A stretch of DNA of 64,000 bases, taken from contig CAZEJU010000001.1 of assembly GCA_964512695.1 (NCBI GenBank), positions 71,803-135,802 on the forward strand. Reading direction: 5' to 3'. This document shows positions 30,857 to 43,720 of the stretch, in pieces. A program made the translations under genes and the position numbers. The notes under the pieces are model-generated. The model had not been told where the DNA came from and did not search any database. It was given only the letters and a program-made list of their open reading frames with translations. Numbering within the stretch: position 1 is the stretch's first letter; every line of letters begins with the position of its first letter. The DNA is from an uncultured Gammaproteobacteria bacterium (GTDB taxonomy: Bacteria; Patescibacteriota; Microgenomatia; Levybacterales; UBA12049).

Positions 30857-32527
30857 TTATAGATAAGAAGCATCAAATACTGTTTGGGAAGTAAGATTAT
30901 TGGGTTGGTAAAAATCCTGCAGTGCTTGTTCTACAATTTCCCGTACTCGTCCGCTTGGGACATCTGCAATTTTTAGATCTTTAGGTAACCAGGTATTTTG
31001 GGATTCCGCTCGATACTGTGCTTTCCCATTTAAGCCGGTTTCGCGATGTCGTACATAACTTAATTGTGGAATTACATGCGGCATACTCTCTTCAACTCTT
31101 TTCCAATCTTCAGTGCCAGGATATGGTTTGAATTGAAATGCAGCAATTTCTGTCATACCTCGTCCTTTCAATTCTTTAATAAATGCTAATGTTCTCAGCA
31201 TCTGTTCTTCTGTTTCTCCCGGAAAACCGAAAATAAAGAAACCTTTTGCTTGTATATCATATGCTGCCAGTTTATCAACTGCTGCTCGAACATCATCAGT
31301 TGTCACTTTTTTCTTAATTTGTTTTAACATGTCATCGTCTCCACTCTCTACTCCCAAGGCTATTTTCCAACAACCTGAATCGTGCATTAATTTCATGGTT
31401 TCAGGATCAAAATCTTTAATAACAGGCGCGCGAGTTAAACCCCGCCAAATTGTTTGACCTAATAACCCCCTTTCATCCATACCTCTATGTAAATCTCGTA
31501 CATGTGCAGGAGAGACGATAGCCATATCATCTAAAAAATGGATAGCATTAGCACCTAAATCCCTAACAGCATGCTCTACATTAGTAATAATTCTTCCCAT
31601 CTCAGGTCTTTCATAAGGTTTAAAACCTCTAACTCCTCTATTAACAAGAACAGGAGATGAGCAGAATGTACAATCAAAAGGACAGCCATTAGTTTCAAAA
31701 AGATTGGCTTCACGAATTTTCGTCCTCTTGCCGTGTATATAAACATCATGTTCATAAACAGGTTCCTCAGCATATACTCTTTGATCCACTAAAGGAATTC
31801 TATCAATTGGCCAACCCTTTACGAAATTATCGGGAGATACACTTGATAGATCATCTCCTGGATAGAATACTCCCATCATACGGGGGTTTTCATCATGAAT
31901 CAGTCCGTGTACAAGTTTATTTATTACAGGTTCTCCTGGACCTCGCACAATTGCGGCATTAGGAAAGTCTTCACGAGCTATACGGGGATCTAATGTAGCG
32001 TGTATACCACCTAAAATAACTTTAACACCCATTTTATCGCAAAGTTCAGCAATTTCTATAGCTTCTTGCACGTTTACTGACGTAGGATTAAGTCCAACAA
32101 CTTTTGCACCTGTTTTCACTATCTGTTCAACTATTTCTGTAGGTTGTAACCGTAGACGATGCGCATCGAGGATACCAGCTGATACGGGAGGATATGGTCT
32201 TACTTTACCTTTTCCGGGTATTTCAATCTCCATTTCATGAGCAACGTTAGCAGTAGCGACGACGCGCAGGGGACCATGCGGGAGTTCTTCACCATCTGGA
32301 ATTACTCCTTGCTGATAGGATGATGGCACATTAATCATAAGGAGATCATATGGTCCGCCAGGATAGGGACGAGCCATATGTTCTCTTTTGGCTATTTCCG
32401 GTAATTTATCTTCTTCTATCTTAAAATTTCTCCCACGAACCTCATCAAGTGATTCCTTTACACCTGATCTTGTCTGTGCTTTAAATTGAATTTCATCCAA
32501 GCTAATAAATGGCCCTCTGTCTGTCAT
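30857..32527 (-). CDS. Cobalamin-binding radical SAM enzyme
   Basis: B12-binding-like domain (VILGGIHAT, RGPGE); GCPFDCTFC; GVESG; FIFGFPGET; PYPGT. Confidence 0.92.
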   Translation of the reverse strand: MTDRGPFISLDEIQFKAQTRSGVKESLDEVRGRNFKIEEDKLPEIAKREHMARPYPGGPYDLLMINVPSSYQQGVIPDGEELPHGPLRVVATANVAHEMEIEIPGKGKVRPYPPVSAGILDAHRLRLQPTEIVEQIVKTGAKVVGLNPTSVNVQEAIEIAELCDKMGVKVILGGIHATLDPRIAREDFPNAAIVRGPGEPVINKLVHGLIHDENPRMMGVFYPGDDLSSVSPDNFVKGWPIDRIPLVDQRVYAEEPVYEHDVYIHGKRTKIREANLFETNGCPFDCTFCSSPVLVNRGVRGFKPYERPEMGRIITNVEHAVRDLGANAIHFLDDMAIVSPAHVRDLHRGMDERGLLGQTIWRGLTRAPVIKDFDPETMKLMHDSGCWKIALGVESGDDDMLKQIKKKVTTDDVRAAVDKLAAYDIQAKGFFIFGFPGETEEQMLRTLAFIKELKGRGMTEIAAFQFKPYPGTEDWKRVEESMPHVIPQLSYVRHRETGLNGKAQYRAESQNTWLPKDLKIADVPSGRVREIVEQALQDFYQPNNLTSQTVFDASYL

Positions 32528-32649
32528 AAATTTTTCTCAAAACTGAATAATATCAAAAAGTGCTATAGTAAGTCAATACAAGAGTTATACCATAGATAAT
32601 TGCATCTTATAAGATAGTTATTTCTCTGTATTTTTAGTATAATAACGGT

Positions 32650-33492
32650 ATGAAGTACTTTATTGCACTTTCTTTCGAACACAGAAAAAAACTTGCACCA
32701 GCAATTTCAACTGTTAAGTCATTACTTGAAGAACGGGATGATGAATATATTGTGTATGTGGATCGACAGTTTGAAAATGTCTCTAACACGGTCTTAATGG
32801 AAGGAGCGCTCCGTGAATTAGATGACTCAGATGCTTTATTAGTCGAATCTTCCCATAAAGCAGTAGGAGTGGGGATAGAAGTAGGTGTCGCTTATACACT
32901 CGGTATGCCTGTAGTTTTATTTCGTCAGTCAGGAACTGAACCGTCTACTACCCTGGAGGGTTTAGCATCCGCACCCCCGATACTCTATGAATCTACTAAT
33001 GAATTACGAATGAAAATGACACCAATTTTAGATATTCTGCCTGATCTAATAGTTCCTGAACACCGTGAAGACCGTTGGATGATTAAAGGCTATGTGGAAA
33101 GAGCCAAAAGAGAAGCATCAATGTATGTTAAAAGATATCTTGAAGAGAACGATAAACCCGGACATATACGCCCCTTAGAACAAAGAGTATTATTATTACA
33201 ATTCGCACAGGAATTACTTCATGACGAATCTTTTTTACGACAAGACAGCTTTTCCGTTCGTACCTACGATGTAAGAACACATAAACACTATCAACAAACA
33301 CAAATCGAATTACAAAAAGCAATTTCAGCGCTTACGAGAGAATCATCCATGGTTTGTAGATTGAACGATATAGCCGAAACAACTAGTAATGAATGGAAAA
33401 CCGAAGCCCGCACTGCTTTTTGGGGAAGACCACGGGAAGATCGGTATATTAGCAAAGAAACGGGAACATTTTCTAGGTCTAAAGAAAAATAA
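32650..33492 (+). CDS. Nucleoside 2-deoxyribosyltransferase-like domain fused to an unknown helical C-terminal region
   Basis: DALLVE...GVGIEVGVAYTLGMPV. Confidence 0.75.
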   Translation: MKYFIALSFEHRKKLAPAISTVKSLLEERDDEYIVYVDRQFENVSNTVLMEGALRELDDSDALLVESSHKAVGVGIEVGVAYTLGMPVVLFRQSGTEPSTTLEGLASAPPILYESTNELRMKMTPILDILPDLIVPEHREDRWMIKGYVERAKREASMYVKRYLEENDKPGHIRPLEQRVLLLQFAQELLHDESFLRQDSFSVRTYDVRTHKHYQQTQIELQKAISALTRESSMVCRLNDIAETTSNEWKTEARTAFWGRPREDRYISKETGTFSRSKEK

Positions 33493-33676
33493 AAAGAACA
33501 TAATTAACGTATTTTTCCCTACCCCTCTTGCTTCTCATTACAACCCATGGAGATCAAGGAAAAAACATATTAGATGGGTTTGGAATCGTAGTTAATCTAT
33601 CTCAACCAACACAAAAAATCAGGTATATAAAGCGCAAGCATAGACTACGAAAAATAGACGAAAGTCCAAACTATAA

Positions 33677-35698
<2,022 letters not shown>

Positions 35699-35728
35699 GT
35701 ATAAAAGTTGTGCTATAATTATAAAGGT

Positions 35729-36265
35729 ATGCCAGACTATAATAAACTACTTACTCCAGGAAACATTAACGAAGGTTGGGTTAACGCGATTATTGATATC
35801 CCCGAAGGTTCTTCACTCAAAATAGAATTCGACAGAAAGCATGGTATTTTCATGTTAGATCGAGTAGAACCAAATGTTTTTCCAAAACCAGTAAATTACG
35901 GGTTTATTCCTGGAACAAAAGATACTGATGGGGACGAATTAGATGTATTAGTTGTGTGTCACGAACCAATTCCTACAGGAGTTTTAGTAAAAGCAAAAAT
36001 TCTCGGTATTTTTAATTTCGAAGATGATGGAGAAATGGATTACAAAATTGTCTGTGTTCCTGATGATGACAGAAATACTGGAGATGCTATCGAAACCCTC
36101 GATGATCTCGGAAAACGCTGGAAACAAAAGATAGAGTTCCATTTCGCACATTATAAAGATTTGAAAAAACCAGGCACCACAAAAGTTCTAGGATGGGGAG
36201 ATGTACATGAAGCGAAAGAGATTATCTCTGAGTGTATTAAACGCTACAAAGAAGAAGGCTTCTAA
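35729..36265 (+). CDS. ppa: Family I inorganic pyrophosphatase
   Basis: NYGFIPGT, DGDELDVLV, DDGEMDYK, YKDL; ATG at 35729 follows TATAAT. Confidence 0.95.
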   Translation: MPDYNKLLTPGNINEGWVNAIIDIPEGSSLKIEFDRKHGIFMLDRVEPNVFPKPVNYGFIPGTKDTDGDELDVLVVCHEPIPTGVLVKAKILGIFNFEDDGEMDYKIVCVPDDDRNTGDAIETLDDLGKRWKQKIEFHFAHYKDLKKPGTTKVLGWGDVHEAKEIISECIKRYKEEGF

Positions 36266-36317
36266 TGACAAGTACCCTATGCTATTTTTCTACCAAAATA
36301 AGGAATAGGATTTGAAG

Positions 36318-36497
36318 ATGAAATGTCCCATTGATAAAACTGAAATGGAAAAAGGAGCTATTAGTATTCCTGGGAAAGTTGATACAATGTGGTATTCAAG
36401 AAAATCACTCCTAGATAGTATAAGGGGTAAAGAATTAATTGCTTATAGATGTCCTAAATGTGGAAAAATCGAATTAACAACTGAACCAGATAAATAA
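36318..36497 (+). CDS. Small Zn-ribbon-like protein
   Basis: MKCPID..MEKG ... AYRCPKCGKIEL. Confidence 0.7.
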   Translation: MKCPIDKTEMEKGAISIPGKVDTMWYSRKSLLDSIRGKELIAYRCPKCGKIELTTEPDK

Positions 36498-36563
36498 TTT
36501 TAACTTTTGATTTTTCCCTAAGGTCCTTGTCCTTAGGATCAAGGAGACTTTTAACTTTATTTT

Positions 36564-39131
36564 ATGAATGTAGGTAAATTACAACCAATAGATATAACAG
36601 AAGAGGTAAAAAGAGCGTATTTAAATTACGCGATGTCTGTTATCGTATCCCGCGCGCTTCCTGATGTTCGTGATGGATTAAAACCTGTTCACAGGCGTAT
36701 TCTTTTTGCTTTACATGAAATGGGATTAACCCACGCGGCTAAATACTCTAAATGCGCGAAAATCGTCGGAGAAGTCATGGGTAAATATCACCCTCATGGC
36801 GATATGCCAATTTATGACGCATTAGTACGTTTAGCCCAGGATTTCGCAATGCGATATCCATTAGTCGACGGTCAAGGAAACTTCGGTTCTATTGATGGAG
36901 ACCCTCCAGCTGCTATGCGTTATACAGAAGCGAAAATGGCAACTATTACATCTGAACTACTAGCAGATCTCGATAAAGAAACAGTCGATTTTACACCGAA
37001 TTTCGATGCTACTCTCCAAGAACCAGATTTCCTTCCCGCCAAATTACCAAACCTACTCTTGATGGGTTCTGAAGGTATTGCTGTCGGTATGGCCACGAAG
37101 ATTCCTCCACATAATCTCGCTGAAGTCGTTGATGCAATTATTCACATGATAGGAAAAACAAAAATAGAGAAAGCTAATCTCACAAATGGGGAGGCACAAA
37201 CGAAACTCGTTAGTGGAGAAGTAGGAACAGCACCTGATCTAGCAATAAACAGAAAAGATTCATACACCGTAACCTCTGACGTGACGATAGAGGAACTTCT
37301 GGAGTTTATTAAAGGACCTGATTTTCCAACAGGTGGGATAATCTACGATGCCGCTGAAATAAAAAATATGTACATGACAGGACGTGGGAAAGTTCTGATG
37401 AGAGGTAAAACAGAGATTGAAGATATCGGACAAGGAAAATCTGCAATCATAGTTACAGAGATTCCATATCAAGTTAATAAAGCACAATTAATTGCAAAAA
37501 TTGCTGATCTTGCTAAAGACAAAAAGGTGGAAGGTATTTCTGACCTTCGTGATGAATCCGATAGACGTGGCCTACGAATATATATTGAATTAAAAAGAGA
37601 TGCAGTTCCAAAAAAGGTTCTCAATAACTTATTCAAGTATACGAATTTACAAGCAACATTCCCGGCAAATATGGTTGCACTTGTAGATGGCACACCTCAA
37701 ACACTGAATCTTAAAATTATTCTTGAAGAGTATATCAAACACCGTTATATCGTTATTCGAAGAAGATCAGAATTCGAATTAAAACAAGCAAAAGCCCGTC
37801 TTCATATTCTCGAAGGTTTAAAAATCGCAGTTGATCATATTGATGCAGTTATAAAAACAATTCGCGAATCCGCAACACAAGAAGAAGCAAAAACTAATTT
37901 AATGGCGAAGTTTAAATTATCTGAGATTCAATCCACAGCTATTCTCGACATGCAACTTCGTAGATTAGCTGCTCTTGAACGACAAAAAATTGAGGATGAA
38001 CTTACGATGGTGAAAGAAACTATCGCGTATCTTGAAGATCTATTAGCACATAATGAAAAAATACTCGATGTCGCAAAGCAAGAGTTGGTTAAGATAAAAG
38101 AGAAATATACAGATGCCCGCAGAACAAAAGTCTTTAAAGGAAAAGTCGATGAGTTTTCAGAAGAAGACCTCATCCCAAATGAACCGACTGTTATTACGCT
38201 TACACAGACAGGCTATATAAAACGTCAAAGTATGAATTCTTTCACCACACAAAATAGAGGAGGGAAAGGAGTATCTGGAATGAAAATGAAAGACGAAGAT
38301 ACCATCGCACATATACGTTCTGCGATGACACATGATAATATTCTTTTCTTTAGTAATAAAGGGAAAGTCTATCAACTTCGTGCATATGAAATCGCTGAAA
38401 GTAGCCGGGTTAGTAAAGGATCAGCAATTATTAACTTATTAAATATCGAGGCTGGAGAGAAGGTAGAATCTTTCGTTATTTATAAACCAGATTTGAAGAG
38501 CGGTTATGTTTTCTTAACGACAAGAAATGGAACTGTTAAAAAAACAGCACTAAAAGAATTTGCGAATATACGACGAAGCGGTATGATTGCTATTAAACTA
38601 GAAAAAGGTGATGAACTTGTTTGGAGTAATTTTACAACTGGAGAGAACGAAGTACTTATTATCACCAAAGAAGGAAAAGCAATCCGATTTAAAGAAGATG
38701 CTGTACGGTCCACAGGCCGCGACACAATGGGTGTAAGAGGAATTAAACAATTGGAAGGTGATGAAGTAATAGGTATGGATGTTATTACAAAAGGAGATAA
38801 CCCTGACTTATTAACAATAATGCAGAATGGGCTTGGAAAGAAAACTGAAATACGCCAATTCCCGTTACAGAGTAGGGGAGGGCAAGGCGTAAAAGTTGCC
38901 AAAGTAACTGAAAAAACTGGTCAAGTAGCTATAGCACAAGTAATTCCTGCTACAGGAGAAGAAGTAATCATTACATCCTCAAAAGGACAGGTTGTAAAGT
39001 TATCCCTCAGTCAAATTCCAAAACTCTCACGAGACACTCAAGGTGTTATTCTTATGCGGTTCTCTGATAAATCGGATAAGGTTACATCAGCTACTTGTAT
39101 AGAAAAAACCCCAAGTACTTCAACTCCATAA
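36564..39131 (+). CDS. gyrA: DNA gyrase subunit A
   Basis: [21 protein letters not shown], GyrA-box QNRGGKG, beta-pinwheel repeats. Confidence 0.97.
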   Translation: MNVGKLQPIDITEEVKRAYLNYAMSVIVSRALPDVRDGLKPVHRRILFALHEMGLTHAAKYSKCAKIVGEVMGKYHPHGDMPIYDALVRLAQDFAMRYPLVDGQGNFGSIDGDPPAAMRYTEAKMATITSELLADLDKETVDFTPNFDATLQEPDFLPAKLPNLLLMGSEGIAVGMATKIPPHNLAEVVDAIIHMIGKTKIEKANLTNGEAQTKLVSGEVGTAPDLAINRKDSYTVTSDVTIEELLEFIKGPDFPTGGIIYDAAEIKNMYMTGRGKVLMRGKTEIEDIGQGKSAIIVTEIPYQVNKAQLIAKIADLAKDKKVEGISDLRDESDRRGLRIYIELKRDAVPKKVLNNLFKYTNLQATFPANMVALVDGTPQTLNLKIILEEYIKHRYIVIRRRSEFELKQAKARLHILEGLKIAVDHIDAVIKTIRESATQEEAKTNLMAKFKLSEIQSTAILDMQLRRLAALERQKIEDELTMVKETIAYLEDLLAHNEKILDVAKQELVKIKEKYTDARRTKVFKGKVDEFSEEDLIPNEPTVITLTQTGYIKRQSMNSFTTQNRGGKGVSGMKMKDEDTIAHIRSAMTHDNILFFSNKGKVYQLRAYEIAESSRVSKGSAIINLLNIEAGEKVESFVIYKPDLKSGYVFLTTRNGTVKKTALKEFANIRRSGMIAIKLEKGDELVWSNFTTGENEVLIITKEGKAIRFKEDAVRSTGRDTMGVRGIKQLEGDEVIGMDVITKGDNPDLLTIMQNGLGKKTEIRQFPLQSRGGQGVKVAKVTEKTGQVAIAQVIPATGEEVIITSSKGQVVKLSLSQIPKLSRDTQGVILMRFSDKSDKVTSATCIEKTPSTSTP

Positions 39132-39159
39132 GTAGCTTCAGCCATGATATAATGAGGCT

Positions 39160-40026
39160 ATGAAAATTGATGGAAAAACAATTGCAGATAAAATATATGA
39201 ACAGCTCAAGACTAGAACGCAAGAGCTAAAAAATGAAGGAATTAATCCTCACATTGTCGTTATCCTTATAGGGGAAGATCCGGGAAGTGTATCATATGTA
39301 CAGCAAAAGAAGAAATGGTCTGAATTTATAGGTATTAGATTTAGTCTCATACACTATCAGCAAAACGTATCACAAGAAGAAGTTGAGAAGGCAGTAGATC
39401 ATTTAAATAACGATAGACAAGTGCATGGTATTATTATCCAGCGACCAGTTCCCAAACATTTTAACCAAGGAAAACTTTTAAAGATAATCTCCTCTAAAAA
39501 AGACATCGATGGATTTCACCCAGATTCACCTTTCGAAGTTCCTGTCGCTCAGGCAGTATGGAGGCTACTCGAAGAAGTCTACACCAGGTCTAACCTTTAT
39601 GGAGGTTCGACCATAGCACAAGGTTTAACCTTCACTTCTTGGCTTATGCCAAAAAATATAGTCGTCATCGGAAGAGGGGAAACAGCAGGCGGACCGATAA
39701 TTAGTCTTCTGCAAAAGAAAAACCTTAATCCTACTGTAATAGATAGTAAAACTCCTGATCCCCAAAAGAAGATTCAAAAAGGTGACATCGTAATTTCAGC
39801 AGTAGGTAAACCCGGTGTACTGGATAAAAACAGTATTAAACAAGGAGCAATACTTATCGGTGTCGGTTTACGAAAAGACGATTTTGATTCATTAAAGGGT
39901 GATTATTATGAACAGGATATAGTATCAACAGCATCTTTTTATACACCAACTCCAGGAGGCGTAGGGCCAGTAAACGTCGCATACCTTTTAACAAACGTAA
40001 TTGAAGCTGCAGAAAAATACAACTAA
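39160..40026 (+). CDS. folD: Methylene-THF dehydrogenase/cyclohydrolase
   Basis: IDGK, HGIIIQRP, KDIDG, DIVISAVG, TPTPGGVGP. Confidence 0.92.
   Translation: MKIDGKTIADKIYEQLKTRTQELKNEGINPHIVVILIGEDPGSVSYVQQKKKWSEFIGIRFSLIHYQQNVSQEEVEKAVDHLNNDRQVHGIIIQRPVPKHFNQGKLLKIISSKKDIDGFHPDSPFEVPVAQAVWRLLEEVYTRSNLYGGSTIAQGLTFTSWLMPKNIVVIGRGETAGGPIISLLQKKNLNPTVIDSKTPDPQKKIQKGDIVISAVGKPGVLDKNSIKQGAILIGVGLRKDDFDSLKGDYYEQDIVSTASFYTPTPGGVGPVNVAYLLTNVIEAAEKYN
39586..39632. repeat. Three short palindromes (AGGT-NNN-ACCT) inside folD
   Basis: AGGTCTAACCT, AGGTTCGACCA, AAGGTTTAACCTT at 17-18 nt spacing. Confidence 0.65.
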
Positions 40027-40091
40027 TTACTGTATTTTTGAGATTGATAAGTACAAATGCCTACCCAAACCACCTCGAAGGTGGAAACGCA

Positions 40092-40748
40092 TCATCCTTT
40101 TTTATTTTCTAGATATTCCTTTCCATGTCCGACTTCTCTATTAACGGGGATATTCTTTTTACAGAGAGGACATTTTTTTTCTTGATATGCTTCTGCTTTA
40201 AATACTGCAAGTGAGTAAAAAGGAGCTTCCATTGAGATATCATTTACACCATCTGGATTACGGTTTACAAGAACATACACTCCAACAACTGTACCGCTCG
40301 CTTCTTTCACACGTTCTACTACTTTTTTTACTGATGCACCAGTAGTTGTCAGATCTTCAACTACTAGAACTCTTTTATTTTTTACTAATGCATCATATCC
40401 TCTTTTAAACATTTGAGGTCTATCGAAAACTTGTTTCTCATCATATGATTTTTCTGTAAAAACACTTAACACTTCTTTCTTCGTCAAAAGAGATACATGA
40501 TACGCAGTCCATTGAGAAAGGACAATACCACAGATAGCAGGACCGACTACGATATCTATGTCCCAATCTTTTACCTGTTCAGCAATCAACTTACAAACTT
40601 GGGAAGTTAGTCGTGTATAAGGGTATAGTTTATCTTTTCGGATATAGACACTACCATGTTTTCCTGAAGTATAGACGAAATGGTCATCAGTAATGACTGC
40701 ACCAATTTTCTTCAATATACCAATTACGTTTTTATCTGCGCTCCTCAT
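40092..40748 (-). CDS. pyrE: Orotate phosphoribosyltransferase
   Basis: HFVYTSGKH, VLVVEDLTTTGAS PRPP motif, C-terminal CPLC; follows pyrF. Confidence 0.85.
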   Translation of the reverse strand: MRSADKNVIGILKKIGAVITDDHFVYTSGKHGSVYIRKDKLYPYTRLTSQVCKLIAEQVKDWDIDIVVGPAICGIVLSQWTAYHVSLLTKKEVLSVFTEKSYDEKQVFDRPQMFKRGYDALVKNKRVLVVEDLTTTGASVKKVVERVKEASGTVVGVYVLVNRNPDGVNDISMEAPFYSLAVFKAEAYQEKKCPLCKKNIPVNREVGHGKEYLENKKG

Positions 40749-40754
40749 AGGGTA

Positions 40755-41576
40755 TTATAGTCTATATTTATTTATCTCAGCTCTCATGCTCATCGTTTCT
40801 TTTCTTGCTTTTTCAGCAAAATCTTCACCTTTTGATGCAAATATAATCCCCCGTGATGAGTTAATAATCATGCCTGCTTTTTGAGAATTCAATCCAGCTT
40901 TTACTGTTTTCTCGACATCTCCGCCCTGCACACCTATCCCTGGGACAAGAAAAGTCATTTCTCCAGAAATCTTTCTTACTGCTGCTAATTCCTCAGGATA
41001 TGTCGCTCCTGTAACTAATAAACAATTACCATTTCCATTCCACTCCTTCACAACTTTCTTTGCAACATGCCTATATAATGGTTCGCCATCAATTGCTAAA
41101 TCTTGAAACTCACCAGCACCAGGATTAGATGTACGACAGAGAAAGATACAACCCTTATCTGTTCTCTCGAGAAATCCCCGTTGTGCTTCCTGACCGAGGT
41201 ATACATGTAATGTAACAGCATCTACTCCTAAGTAATCAAAAACATATTTTACATAATTTTTGGTCGTTTCTCCCATATCACCACGTTTCGCATCAAGAAT
41301 AGTAACTACTTCTGGGTAAACCGTTTTCAAATAATCGATTGTCATCTTTAGATCCTTAATTCCATCTGCACCCCGTGCTTCATAAAAGGCAGAGTTTGGT
41401 TTATACGCACAGACTACATCATAAGTAGCATCGATAATCGCTTTATTAAATTCGAACTGAGGATATTGTTTTGACTTCAAATGTGTAGGAAGTTTCCCGA
41501 AATCACTATCAAGCCCGACACAAACAAGAGAATTATTTTTTTTTATAATAAAATCCAATTTTTGTTGGAAAATCAT
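40755..41576 (-). CDS. pyrF: Orotidine-5'-phosphate decarboxylase
   Basis: CVGLD, YKPNSAFYE, DAKRGD, RTSNP, GATYP, PGIGVQGG, NSSRGI. Confidence 0.95.
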   Translation of the reverse strand: MIFQQKLDFIIKKNNSLVCVGLDSDFGKLPTHLKSKQYPQFEFNKAIIDATYDVVCAYKPNSAFYEARGADGIKDLKMTIDYLKTVYPEVVTILDAKRGDMGETTKNYVKYVFDYLGVDAVTLHVYLGQEAQRGFLERTDKGCIFLCRTSNPGAGEFQDLAIDGEPLYRHVAKKVVKEWNGNGNCLLVTGATYPEELAAVRKISGEMTFLVPGIGVQGGDVEKTVKAGLNSQKAGMIINSSRGIIFASKGEDFAEKARKETMSMRAEINKYRL

Positions 41577-43720
41577 ACTTTAGGATATGTCTGAGCTTCA
41601 TAAGTATATCTATTATACTTGCCATTTGTTTTCTTAACACTTTGCTGCATTGTAAACTCTATTCCTAACCTTTCTTTAATTTCAACTGCTAAATATGGAT
41701 TCCACATCGCACCTGTCGCGCTCATTACAGCATCAGCTCCCGCAGTAATATATTCCGCGTAGTCATCAGGTGTGATAACACCACCGACACCGATAATTGA
41801 GAAATCCATCTGCAGCTCTTCACGTAATCGATGCAACCGTTTTACCATATCAATTCCCGCCCATTTAATAGCATGACCACAAACACCGCTATATAGTCTA
41901 CCTTTTCCCGGCAATGCTTGCTCTCCTTTTTCATCAACGATAGCAGCTTGCATTGTGTTAATAACTGATAGTCCCTGTACGAATGGTCCGACAAGTTTTA
42001 CAAGTTTTTTTAACTGCTCATCATCCTGAAAATACGCAAGTTTCAGTAATAGGGGAGTCGTACCTATTTTGTTTTTAACCGCTTCGGTAATTAATCGTGT
42101 GCGCTCTATATCGAAACAGAGTAGATGCGCTGTTCCTTCATTTGGGCAACTCAGATTTGCTTCTAAAATTTTTACACCTGTTTCTTTTACTAACTGTGCT
42201 GCTTTCACAAAATCTCGTATATATGCTTTCACGTTTCCATCTCCTTTCGTTGTTCCTTGGAAACTACCGATAACAATTTGTCCTTTCTTCGCATACGTAA
42301 CTGCATCCGCCAGGTCACTTTGCCAAAAGTCTGGTTTAAAAGAAGGCACACCAAAAGAGTTCGTAATGGATAAAGGCTGACTATACTTTACGGTAGCGAC
42401 TAACGGCTCTTTCGATTTCTCAATTGTTAAATCTCCTTCTAATTGCACACCAACTACATTTGGCCATGGATGACATGGATATTGTCTTGTCCGGACAGTT
42501 TTATAGGTAACCAAATCAAATCCCTTATCTAAAGCGGCTTTCACAAATTTTCCATTTACCAAAGGACCCGCGGGAATACCAAATGGTAAAGTAACTTTCT
42601 CACCAAGAAAATCATAGGTCTGTGCAGCTTTATCGATAGTTGTTTCGCTATTTGCAAATACACTAAATGGTCCTTTTTCACAATTTTCTTCATAAGAGAG
42701 TAGGGGATCATAGAACGGTCGATCTTCAGATAAGGAAACATCCTCGATTCCCAGAGCTTTTCTCCCGTTGGTAGTCGCGATTTTTACTAATCCATCAATA
42801 TCGTAGAATCTATTTGTTTCCATTAAGACACGAAGATCGTTCCACATATTTCCATCGTTATATGGCATAAAAATATCAGCAAGATTATCGATGCCGATTG
42901 CGATAGGGATATCGAGAGGATACATTTCATCAAGAGGGATAATCGGATTATGAATAGGAGCAAGAGTTTCACTTCTTCGAGCATTTAACCAAGACATAGG
43001 GCAAGAAACGAAAATTAATGCAGCTTTTTTAATTAATCTATATATTTGTTCACGGTAGGCTTTTGGATGAGCATTGATAGAAATTCCGTGGATACCGACA
43101 ACTTTTCCTTCCATACCATGCATAATAGTTTTTTTTGCTAGCATCTCAGTTTCTTTTTCTTCAGGAATGTTTAGCTCATCGATATGGACATGGAGCATCT
43201 TCTTTCTTTTTTTCGCAGCAGATAATAAGATGTCTAAATGTTCTTCTTCATGCCCTTCATCTGCTTTTAAAAGACCACCAATTATATCTACAAAGTCAGC
43301 TCCTATCTCAAACCATTCTCTTGTTTCTTTCGTAAGAATTCCATAGCTAGATTGGTTAATGAATTTAATAATAATTTGAGAAGAGTAATTTTCCCTAAGT
43401 TTTTGCGCAGCTTTAATCGCTTTATCTTTTACATCATAATCTACATCAATAAATGTGCATGTAGCAGATACACCTTGGCTAATTAAAAGTTCGATTGCGG
43501 CAGCCATGCGATCATAAATTTGATCGACTGTTGATGTTTTCCGGATATCAGCATTTAACTTCCATTTTTCATGTCTATATGCATTTGCAAGTTTGTATTT
43601 CTCAGGAGTAATTGTAAATGCTCGATCGAAATGTCCATGGCAATTCACCCATCCGCCATTTTCTTTTATTTTTTGTTCAATAATAACACGGAGATTGAGG
43701 TAGTCTACTTTTTTACTCAT
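41573..43720 (-). CDS. Fusion: cytosine-deaminase-like metallo-amidohydrolase + class 1 dihydroorotate dehydrogenase
   Basis: N-half CHGHFD, HVHIDE, HGIS, GIDN; C-half PFGIPAGP, YKTVRT, NSFG, NLSCPN, INT, IIGVGGV. Confidence 0.85.
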   Translation of the reverse strand: MSKKVDYLNLRVIIEQKIKENGGWVNCHGHFDRAFTITPEKYKLANAYRHEKWKLNADIRKTSTVDQIYDRMAAAIELLISQGVSATCTFIDVDYDVKDKAIKAAQKLRENYSSQIIIKFINQSSYGILTKETREWFEIGADFVDIIGGLLKADEGHEEEHLDILLSAAKKRKKMLHVHIDELNIPEEKETEMLAKKTIMHGMEGKVVGIHGISINAHPKAYREQIYRLIKKAALIFVSCPMSWLNARRSETLAPIHNPIIPLDEMYPLDIPIAIGIDNLADIFMPYNDGNMWNDLRVLMETNRFYDIDGLVKIATTNGRKALGIEDVSLSEDRPFYDPLLSYEENCEKGPFSVFANSETTIDKAAQTYDFLGEKVTLPFGIPAGPLVNGKFVKAALDKGFDLVTYKTVRTRQYPCHPWPNVVGVQLEGDLTIEKSKEPLVATVKYSQPLSITNSFGVPSFKPDFWQSDLADAVTYAKKGQIVIGSFQGTTKGDGNVKAYIRDFVKAAQLVKETGVKILEANLSCPNEGTAHLLCFDIERTRLITEAVKNKIGTTPLLLKLAYFQDDEQLKKLVKLVGPFVQGLSVINTMQAAIVDEKGEQALPGKGRLYSGVCGHAIKWAGIDMVKRLHRLREELQMDFSIIGVGGVITPDDYAEYITAGADAVMSATGAMWNPYLAVEIKERLGIEFTMQQSVKKTNGKYNRYTYEAQTYPKV

